A stretch of DNA of 64,000 nucleotides from Chrysemys picta bellii (Eukaryota): the NCBI RefSeq assembly GCF_011386835.1, contig NC_088791.1, forward strand, positions 31,682,001 to 31,746,000, in the 5' to 3' direction. The notes beneath the pieces are model-generated. The model made no database searches, had not been told where the DNA came from, and worked only from the letters and a program-made list of their open reading frames with translations. Positions 1 to 9,600 of this stretch are shown piece after piece. The translations under genes were made by a program, and so were the position numbers. Each line of letters begins with the position of its first letter. The first letter of the stretch is position 1.

Positions 1-120
1 GAGGGTGCTAGAAATGGAAAATACAGAAGGATGAAGTGTAGCTCAGAGCTGTTTCAGTCCAACCAAACACAGCATGTGAAAACCTAAACAGATCTCTAAT
101 ACAGTGCAGCCTGTCTTTTA

Positions 121-865
121 AAATAAACGAGGAGTACTTGTGGCACCTTAGAGACTAACACATTTATTTGGGCATACACTTTCGTGGGATGAAACCCACT
201 TCATCGGCTGCATGCAGGGGAAAATACAGTAGGAAGATATATATACACGGAGAACATGAAAAAATCGGTGTTGCCATACCAACTCTAATGAGCCTAATCA
301 ATTAAGGTGGGCTATTATCAGCAGGAGAACAAAACTTTTGTAATGATAATCAGGATGGCCCATTTCAAACAGTTGACAAGAAGGTGTGAGTAACAGTGGG
401 GAAAAATTAGCATGGGCAAATAGTTTTTACTTTGTGTAATGACCCATCCACTCCCAGTCTTCAGTCAAGCCTATTTTAATGGTGTCCAATTTGCAAATTA
501 ATTCCCAGTTCTGCAGTTTCTCGTTGGAGTCTGTTTTTGAAGTTTTGTTGTTGGAAAATTGCGACTTTTAGGTCTGTAATTGAGTGACCAAGGAGGTTGA
601 AGTGTTCTCTGACTGGTTTTTGAATGTTATAATTCTTGACATCTGATTTGTGTCCATTTATTCTTTTGCGTAGAGACTGTCCGGTTTGGCCAATGTACAT
701 GGCAGAGGGGCATTGCTGGCACATGATGGCATATATCACATTGGTAGATGTGCAGGTGAACAAGCCTCTGATGGTGTGGCTGATGTGATTAGGTCCTATG
801 ATTGTGTCCTTTGAATAGATATATGGACAGAGTTGGCAACGGGCTTATTTCCTTCAGGTTGGGGG
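121..865 (-). mobile_element. Penelope-like retroelement 3' part (GIY-YIG endonuclease + terminal repeat)
   Basis: ORF 476..763(-) VIYAIMCQQCPSAMYIGQTGQSLRKRINGHK is the PLE GIY-YIG signature. The terminal repeat with a degenerate hammerhead lies at ~125-215. Confidence 0.9.
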
Positions 866-869
866 CTAT

Positions 870-1252
870 CTGTAAGTGACCAGGGGTATTCTATCTGCTA
901 CCCAAGATCCATAAAACTGGAAATCCTGGACGCTCCATCATCTCAGGCATTGGCAACCTGAAGCAAATACACCTCTACGCCGATATAACGCGACCCGATA
1001 TAACACGAATTCGGATATAACGTGGTAAAGCAGCACTTCAGGGGGGCGGGGCTGCGCACTCCGGTGGATCAAAGCAAGTTCAATATAACGCAGTTTCACC
1101 TATAACACGGTAAGATTTTTTGGCTCCCGAGGACAGCGTTATATCGGGGTAGAGGTGTACTCACCAGCAACCATATACCACACAACTAAAACACTAACCC
1201 AGGAACCTATCCTTGCAACAAAGCCCGTTGCCAACTCTGTACACATATCTGT
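870..1252 (+). mobile_element. Penelope fragments in the opposite orientation (RT-upstream FYLLPKIHK.GNPGR..ISGIG; pre-endonuclease piece), split by a MITE
   Basis: 876-962 translates to FYLLPKIHKTGNPGRSIISGIGNL. 1220-1251 is an inverted copy of ~817-846. Confidence 0.8.
970..1157. mobile_element. Tc1/mariner-pogo type MITE
   Basis: TIRs CACCTCTAC(G/C)CCGATATAACGC ... GCGTTATATCGGGGTAGAGGTG, flanked by TA on both sides. Confidence 0.9.
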
Positions 1253-2004
1253 CATACTTTGGGAAGGAGGACTGTGCTATGTATGTGTTTCACTGAGACA
1301 TTTACAAATTCATTCTCATGTTTTGAAACCTTCTTTTCATTTAAATTTGTCACTGGCTTGAGAAAGCACTACATTGTGTGTAACATATGCCGACTCTAAA
1401 TGCTCCACTTTCTTTGTTCTACTCAGTAGTTCACAGCATCGGGGAATGTGATGAGGAAAGACAGGGAAATAGGTAGCTGGGAAAAAGATGAAAGGTAGAT
1501 TGTAGCAGGAAGAAGAGAGGGTGAAGGGAGGTTGGATGGAGAGCACAGAGTAGTTGACAGAGGATAGGATGAGGAAGGACAGAAAATCGGACAGATGGTT
1601 GCGGTAAGAGTAGATGGTGGCAGAAGTTTGGATTGAGAACACAAAGTGAAAGACAAAGGGCAGCATGAGGAAGTGCAGAAGGCAGCAGGAGGGAAAATGG
1701 GAAGCAATGTTAACAGTAAAAAGGGTTGGAAGGAGCTGAGAGTAGTGAGTAACTGCAGGAACAGCAAAGAGTGAAAGAAGAAGAAAAAGTAGTAGTCTAT
1801 AAGCTCATAATGTGGATTTTTCACCCAGTGTTTGTACCTTAGGTCTACCAACTTTATTCTTCAGTCCACTTTCCGCTTTCAATACCTTTAATATACAATT
1901 TTAAAATGCAAAAAACCACAAAGTATTAGGCAATTAAATCTTTAGGGGTAATTTTTTAACATTTTTGAACTATTAAAACAATTATCAGTATTGTCTCATT
2001 GTTT

Positions 2005-2185
2005 GTTTGTGCTCCCCCATCTGTCTACATCCACCTGCTGTCACTAGTCTAATACTTAGCTTGTAAACTTTTTGAGGCAGGGACTATCTTTTTGTTCTGT
2101 ATTTGTTCAGCACAGAGCGCAATGGGATCCTGATCAGCGACTGGGGCTCCTAGGTGTTTCCACAATTCAAATAATAATAATTATT
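2005..2185 (+). mobile_element. L2-type LINE/SINE 3' tail
   Basis: TTGTAAACTTTTTGAGGCAGGGAC...GGGGCTCCTAGG...CAAATAATAATAA. Related copies at ~22510-22590 and ~27160-27245. Confidence 0.6.
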
Positions 2186-2254
2186 TACAATAAAATATGT
2201 AAGGTTTGAAATGAGAGGGAAGAACATAATAAATAATTGTATGCAATAAAAAAC

Positions 2255-2556
2255 AGTTACTAACCTTCTAGTAACTGTTGTTGTTTGAGATGTGTTGCTC
2301 ATGTCCATTCCAATTAGGTGTGCGTGTGCTGCGTTCATGACATCTGGAAGATTTTCCCCCTAACAATATCTGTAGGCTCAGCCTGGGCACTCCCAGGGGT
2401 CGCGCCTTCATGGCGCTTGATATAGGGCGCTGCCCACCCACTACCCCCTCAGTTCCTTCTTGCCGGCTACTCCGACAGAGGGGAAGGAGGGAGGGTATTG
2501 GAATGGACATGAGCAACACATCTCGAAGAACAACAGTTATGAGAAGGTTAGTAACC
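2255..2556. mobile_element. Miniature DIRS-derived element with ~60-bp inverted termini
   Basis: GTTACTAACCTTCTAGTAACTGTTGTTGTTTGAGATGTGTTGCTCATGTCCATTCCAAT is inverted at 2498-2555. The termini resemble vertebrate DIRS1 ITRs (from recall). Confidence 0.7.
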
Positions 2557-2954
2557 ATTGCTAACTGGTGTACACCAGGGCTAGGGTAGTGTAGCTATAT
2601 CTGGAGTATTGGGAAACTGTAAAATCCTCCCTTACAACTTGCCACTCTACTGTGCCGAGTGAAAACTCACTGCATATATTCCCTAATCACTCATCTCTCC
2701 TTTCTACACCATCCACAACCAGGGAAATGGAGCACATTTGTGGGAGCTGCTTGATAAAATATTGGCTGTACATTACTAGTGTAGGCTTAGTCAGGCCAGA
2801 TATGGCCCCCTGCGTAGCCTTACCTCCAATACAGAGGTGTGGTCAGAGGACACCATTTAGAGTTTTGTTTTAGTAAATTCTGTACCTCTGACAGATGCTG
2901 ATCTATTTGATTTATTTTTTACTCCCCGAGCCCTTCAGGCTCTCATAGACATTA

Positions 2955-3130
2955 TGTTACCTCCATTACCACAGTAGCTGAGCATCTAACAATCTGTAAT
3001 GTATTTATTTGCAGACCACACTGGGGATGTAGGGGGCTACTGTTACCCCCACTTACCGACAAGGAACACAGACCCAGAGAAACTAAGTAACTTGCCCAAG
3101 TCCCACAGGAAGCATGCCCCAGAGCAAAGC
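2955..3130. mobile_element. MIR/CORE-SINE remnant
   Basis: ...CCCCCACTTACCGACAAGGAACACAGACCCAGAGAAACTAAGTAACTTGCCCAAG resembles the MIR core. Confidence 0.6.
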
Positions 3131-3561
3131 GTTTATGATTATGCTGTTTGGTTCAACAAGAACACACTTTGTGTTAAAAAGACTAATAATGTTGAGGCTT
3201 CACAACTAATGCATAGACGTATTTCTAAAACTTTCCACAGCAGAAAAAACACTACAAGCTTGAACTGCTGTGCACAAAGGGAAACTGAAGTACAACACCT
3301 CACAGCCTTCATGGCTGAATACCAGAGTAAGTGCTCTCTGAAGAACATTAATGGCTATGTTAACACATAGACCAAACCCTGGAATCACTAAAGTGTTTCA
3401 CAAAGTATGGACTAAGTTTTTGGCTGGGGCCAAAGCATGCATCAATAATTTGGCCTTACAAAGAATTCAATATAAACACAGCTCATATCAATGTTGGAAG
3501 GTCCTTAAGGTGTATCCAGGAGCTCTAATTTCACCCTTCCACACCAGTCTCATGTTGGCGG

Positions 3562-4557
3562 TGTGACACATGGCTAGAAAGGGTTAAACAGCCTGCAAAA
3601 TAAATAACCCTCAAAAGACATGTGTGGAGATGTTTGTGTTTTTGTGTATTTACATATGTATGAGTAGGGTCAACGATGTAATCAACAGTCCCTGTCTATG
3701 CTGTATTCTGATATCATTTAAATGAATTGTAAATACAGGATATCTTGGTATTCATCTCTCTTTGAAAAGTATTGTGATTGGTGGAGGAAAAAGCAAATGG
3801 CCTTATGTTAATTCGTATAGCTAAGTACGGGTGATGGACGTCCTTCAAAGTCATCCTAATTACCTTTTGTTCCCCAAGGAAATCCCAACTTGTCAAAGAG
3901 GACATGAAATTGTATGAAAGATCCTTGGGTCCTGATTCTGTCATCTCAGATCTGCTTAGGCTGCATCAGGGGAAGTTTGAGTCACAAGAATGAAGTTCCA
4001 GTTATACTGATACGCCCTGAATATGAGATTTGGACATTGGACTATACGTTATGAACTATTTCTGAAAGAACTCTTTGCAACTACAAAGCTCACCATCTCT
4101 GCTATAAATCTGCACCTCAATGGATTGAACTTATGTCTGTATGTATATTAATCTTTTAACCATTGTTTTTTAATAAAATTTAGTTTAGTTAGTAAGAATT
4201 GGCCATAGCATGTATTTGGGTAAGATCGGAAACATTCATTAAGCTGGGAGGTAATGCGTCCGATCCTTTGGGATTGGTAGAACCTTTTCTTTTATATGAT
4301 GAAATAAGATTTACAGAAATTGTCATCATATTTGATGTGGGTACCTGGCTGGAGGCCTGAGGCTGGATCACTTTAAGGGAATTGTGTTGTTTGGACTTCT
4401 GAGTAACCGTAAGGTAATAAAGAAGCTATTTTATGCTGGCTTGGTAAATCTAGGTATTGGAATATCCACCAGCTTTATGGGGATTGTCTGTCCCATTCTT
4501 TGCAGTTCACCCTAATTGAGTGACCATAGCTGGCTCCCCACTAGGACCCCAGTCACA
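3562..4557 (+). mobile_element. Solo LTR (Gypsy/ERV-type)
   Basis: TGTGAC...GTCACA termini, ~1 kb, internal AATAAA (~4172, ~4415). No TSD seen. Confidence 0.7.
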
Positions 4558-4559
4558 CC

Positions 4560-5690
4560 CTGGCTGCACCCTGACCACTGCCCACCCTTCCTCTCACCGG
4601 CTCGCGCTGCTGCATAGTCCAGCACTGGAGGGGGTGATGTAGACTCATGTGCAGGAGGACTGAGTTCATGGATGGCCACCACGGGGCACCATGATGCCCA
4701 TGGGCCCTGCAGGCAAAGGATGTCTCCCCATCAGGTGCCAGACACCCGCAGACTGTGTGCCCCCACGCTGGGCGGGCGGACCCGGGGGGTGGGGTCAGCG
4801 AGGCCCTCAGGGCACGAGGCCGAAGTGTACCTGCAGGAGCCCCGCTCTGGTCTGGTTGGGAAGACCGTTGCGACATGAGACGAACAGAGCCTGGCTCTCA
4901 TGACAGCCTCGACTTGGCGCAGGCCTGCCAGGCAGGCGCGCCGTACGCCGACTTAGGGCCGGCCCGGGCCGTGAGTGGAGGGTAACGGCGGCGAGAGCCT
5001 CACTCTGGTGCTGGCTGGGGCGGGGACCGAGGGACCCCCGGGGAGCCTGGAGCAAACCAGGGCCAGGGACGCTGCGCCTCAGCGGAGTCATCCCTCCTGA
5101 ACTACGAGTCCCACCATGCATTGGGTTCTCGCGCCACCCGAACGCCGTCAGCCCAGGGTCACGAGGCTGTGACCTCGTTTAAACCTACCAATGAGGAAGC
5201 TCGATCTGTGACAGTTCTACGTGCGCTTGGCCGCGAGTAATTCAAATGTGCTGCTGCGCGCCGCTTCCCTTTTAAGGGAGCAGGGGTCGCCAGCAGGCCT
5301 AGGGGTGCACGGTGCGGCCGGAGGGCTAGAGCCGGTGCTAAGCAGCGTCGGCGGGACGGCCCCGGGGGTGAGGGTGGCCAGGTGGCCTGTCGGGGGCAGT
5401 GGGGAGGCCCTGGGTGGGTTGACGCGGCGGACTGGGGGGTGAGGCAGGTGCGGCGGGTGACCGGGGGTGAAGGGGCAAAGTGTGTGTGTGGGGGGGGGGC
5501 TCCGGGTGGGGTCCAGGAGCGGGTTGAAGGCGCGGGGGCCCCCTCCGCCGTGGGGTGAAGGAGCGGCTCGAGGGCAGGCTGCCTCCCCCCAGGCGGGGCG
5601 AGTGGATGGGGACTTAATACGCAGACTGAGCTGCGAGCTAGCAGAGAGGAGGGAGTTTAAGGCACTGTTTGCCTTAGCCACATAATCTCT
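4560..5690. promoter_or_regulatory. CpG island / GTSE1 promoter with CCAAT boxes and CHR
   Basis: GC- and CpG-rich block. ATTGG at 5120-5124, CCAAT at 5188-5192, TTTAAA at 5178-5183, TTCAAA (reverse CHR TTTGAA) at 5241-5246. Confidence 0.8.
5250..5367 (+). other. GTSE1: Probable non-coding exon 1 of GTSE1 (boundaries uncertain)
   Basis: Lies in the CpG island just downstream of the CCAAT/CHR motifs. Candidate donors are GGG|GTGAGG (5368), GGG|GTGAGG (~5439) and CAG|GTGCGG (~5448). The coding exon at 6561 begins 5 nt before the ATG, so an upstream exon is required. Confidence 0.35.
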
Positions 5691-6565
5691 ACAATTTCCT
5701 CAGAAAACAATTTATAACCGAACCCTAACCAGTGTTTAAATTCTGCTAAGCTGGGGGGACAATTCTAACTTTGCTTACATGAGAGATACATTTGCTGCTT
5801 TTCTTTCCATGAATTAAAGGAGTGCACCTATCTTCTATACAATGGACTCCGTTTAATCTTTACTGTGCAGAGGCTCACTTGCTTTAGTTTTCACTAAGAC
5901 ATGTTTTAAAAAAGGACAATGTATAAGTACCATGGTACTTAGTACAAATATCTATCTAGGTAGCCCACAGAAGCTACTTAGATATTTCCCAAAGGGAAAG
6001 GGGACACTGTGCGGAGCTGGCCCAAGCCGCTTGCCTGAGTCCCCATCCCCTGGGCTGGTCCGAACCGCTTGTCCCCCTGCATGTCCTGTTTACTCTTGCC
6101 AACTCATCAAGTTGGGCTTAAAAAAGAGACTCTCCTGGTCAAAGTGGGAGGTATGGTCACACTAACTTAGATTACATGAATAGTTTAAACCTGCATTTCT
6201 GTACTGGAGATCAAATTGCTTAGGGGTAACATTGCAGAACTCCATGAACTCTCATCTGTGTGCTGGGCTTGGAGCTTTGTTTTACAGAGTCCCCGCCACT
6301 ATATTTGTAAGTTCTTCAGCACTATCTCATTTGACAAGAAGGGAGACTTGAGATTTCTGAACCTTGCAGTCATTTGCAGGGCTATTGCTGAAGTTAATCC
6401 AGCTCTTTGAAATTACGGATTTCAGAGTTTGCACTTCATTGAACTGCACTACATGTGATTCCCTAAATGCAAACCTTGTCAACAACTTGATTCCTGTACT
6501 TCAAAACATGCCTGCAAAATTAAATTTTTGTGAATCTTTTTGAACTCTCTTATTTTGCAGACACT

Positions 6566-6644
6566 ATGGAGGAAGGAAAGGAAATGTCAGTAGGCTGGTC
6601 AAGTGATATGACTGAAGAAAAACTGGATGTTTGCAAGAACAGTG
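6566..6644 (+). CDS. GTSE1: GTSE1 coding exon 1 (MEEGKEMSVGWSSDMTEEKLDVCKNS)
   Basis: Acceptor ttttgcag|ACACT at 6561, ATG at 6566, donor G|gtaggt. 79 coding nt, phase 1. Confidence 0.85.
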
Positions 6645-9600
6645 GTAGGTGGAAAACTATTGTTTAATTATTTTATTATAACTTTTAGTAAGGGATATAC
6701 AAGCCTAAGCTACTTTCTAAGATACAGCTACGCTGCAGTTGGGGGTGCAATTTCTAGCTCAGGTAGACATACGCAGGCTTTGACTGAGCTAGTAGGCTAA
6801 ATATAGGAGTGTAGTCACAGTAGTGCAGGCAGCAGAACAGGCTAGCTGCCCAAATACATACTTACGGTCTTGGACGGGATTGTACTTGGGCTATTTAGCT
6901 ATGGCAACACTAATGTTTGTAGCATGCTAGCTTGATCAAAGATAGAGCATGTATGTCAACCTGAGCTGGAAATTCTACCTCCAACTACAGTGCAGATGTA
7001 CCCCACATGTTCTGATTATTTAAATCAGTGATTCTGTCACATCTGTTCCATAACCTGCTGTTTCCCACTACTTAGATCTTAGTGATTTACTGCAGAGCTC
7101 TATAAGAGTTCTTTGAACCACTGGTAGCCTCTGCAACATGTGGTGATGGCGGCATTTAGGGCTTTCTAATCTCCCTCCTTTTTCTACTCTGAAGTCTGCT
7201 CTAACAATTTCTTCTTTCCATATCCCAGAGTTTGTCATCCATCAGTTTAACTTCCTTGTTAACTGATGTAAATACCTGATGCTTGACATACTGTATATAA
7301 AAAGCAACAGAGGGTCCTGTGGCACCTTTAAGACTAACAGAAGTATTGGGAGCATAAGCTTTCGTGGGTAAGAACTTCACTTCTTCAGATGCAAGCCACA
7401 GGACCCTCTGTTGCTTTTTACAGATTCAGACTAACACGGCTACCCCTCTGATACTGTATATACTTGTTCATAAGAACAATATTTTTGGTAAAAAAGTGAC
7501 GCATCAAAGAATGGGGGTCGGCTTATAAACGGGTCTACACCAAAATTTGATGATTTTAAACTCTATGGAATCATTTAATTGAATATCTAATACATTGTCG
7601 TTTTATTTACCTGGAGCATCTGCAGGCATGGAGCCCCTCAGCTCCCTGTGGCCGCAGAACCCAGCCGAACCGCGGCCACAGGGAGCTGAGGGGCTCCATG
7701 CCTGCAGATGCTCCAGGTAAATAAAACGTCCCAACCCGCCAGCGGCTTACCCTGATGGGCTGGGAGCCAAAGTTTTCCAACCCCTAAAATATAGGGTTGG
7801 CTTATGAAAGGGTCATACAGTTTTTGCTATTTTTACCTATCCATTTTTGGGGGTTGGCTTATAAACGAACGGGCTAATGAACGAGTATATACGGTACTTG
7901 TCATTCCCATGGGTCCTTCTAACCCCTTCAACTGTGTCCTTTTGTTCCTGCACATGTTCCATTGGATGACTGGGGAAAGTCACACCGTTATGCAGCTCCC
8001 TCAATCTCTCCTGTTAAAGCTCCTCTGCTGTGGATTAATAATTAACTGTCTCCCTCAATTCAGTGCTTATTCTCTCTTGCCACACACCATCCTTCGCCAG
8101 AAGTTGCTACTACTCCTATTCAGATTCCCATGCCTCTATCTTTGGCACTTACCACTTTAGTGTCTAAGGGCTAGATTCACAAAAGCACTTAGCTGAACTG
8201 CCACTTTTGGCACCTAAATCCCAGAATCAGGCCCCAATTGGATTCACAGAACCCCTGCTCAGCTGCCCGCAAACCTTTTAGGTGCTTGTCAGTGCCAAGT
8301 GAGTTCATTTTTTTTTTTTTTCAGTAAAAGTTCCCTAAGAGCCTGTTTTTCTGCCTCTCAGCAAGTGCACTGCAACCTCACTCCAGGCAACCAGATGCTT
8401 AAATTCCAATACAATGCACTAATCTGGAGGAAGATAGGCAAAAGAATGCCTAACTCACCTGCAGGGCCAAATCCAATAAGTAGTCTCAGAGCTTGCCTAC
8501 CAGATTACGTCCTCATGGATGAGTTCACACAAAATGGAGTGGAGGAAGACCTCCCTTGTAACTCTTAGCCCAGGGGTTAGGAGGTGGGAGATCCACAGTT
8601 CAAGTCATTCCCTCTACCTGATGGGGAGAGGGGATTTGAACAGGGATCTGCCACCTCTCAGGTGAGTGCCCTAGGCCAGGGGTCAGCAACCAAAGGTGGC
8701 ACACGAGATGATTTTGAGTGGCACTCTCAGTGCCCGGATCCTGGCCACCAGTCCCAGGGGCTCTGCTGTCGGCCTGGGGTCCTACCGCTGGCCCCCTTTC
8801 ACCTGGGGTCCCGGCTCCACTCAACCCACTGCCAGTCCCGGCCACCGGTCCTGGGGGCTCTGCTCCTGGCCTCGGCCTGAGGCTCTGCAGTTGCCCCCAG
8901 TTGTGGACCACTGGCCGCAGCCTGGGGCAGTGAGGGGTGCAGAAAGGGGCAAGAGGGTATGCAGCTCAGCACCCCCACCTTAAAAATTGTTCCAGAGCCA
9001 TTGTACTGAGATATTTTTAAGTCCTGATTTGCTGCTTACATCACTATCACATCACATGAACAGTGCACTGCATTTGACGTTGTGCATGCCGTCTGTCGCG
9101 ATTTTTTCCCCCCACTATAAGTTGAGGGGTACATTTGACAAAATGTCAGCTCCTAAGAAAGCAAAGTTAGATGTCCGTTCATTTCAGCCTTCTTGGACAG
9201 ACACGTTTGGATTTATTCAAAAGAAGGACCGTGCTGTTTGTACTTTCTGTTGTGAAAGTGTTGTTTGTCGCACATCAAGTGTTCGACATTTTCAAACGAA
9301 GCACGAGAAAACCTTTCTTGACGAAACAGACAAGCCTGAATTGATCAAAAAGGCAGTAGCAGGATACAAGAAGCAAAGCAGTGTTTTTTAAATGCTTAAG
9401 TGTAAGTAAAAATCAAGCCACTGAAGGAAGTTACAAGACTGCACAGTACATTGCAAAAAAACGGAAAGCCATTTACAGATGGGGAATATATAAAAGAATT
9501 TTTTCTCAGCAGTTCAGAGGTTTTGTTCAATGATTTGCCAAATAAAGATGTGTATCTAGAATAAAAGAACTGCCTGTCTCTGCCAGAACTGTTGAGAGAC

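Noticed and set aside
1337-1860. Purine-rich plus strand with 109 and 142 aa minus-strand ORFs
   Set aside because: Low-complexity GA-rich sequence gives Leu/Ser/Pro/Phe-rich pseudo-ORFs. No family was recognised.
4553-5685. Many overlapping 68-154 aa ORFs on both strands
   Set aside because: These are a by-product of the stop-poor, GC-rich CpG island. They give Pro/Gly/Arg/Ala-rich peptides with no recognisable domain.
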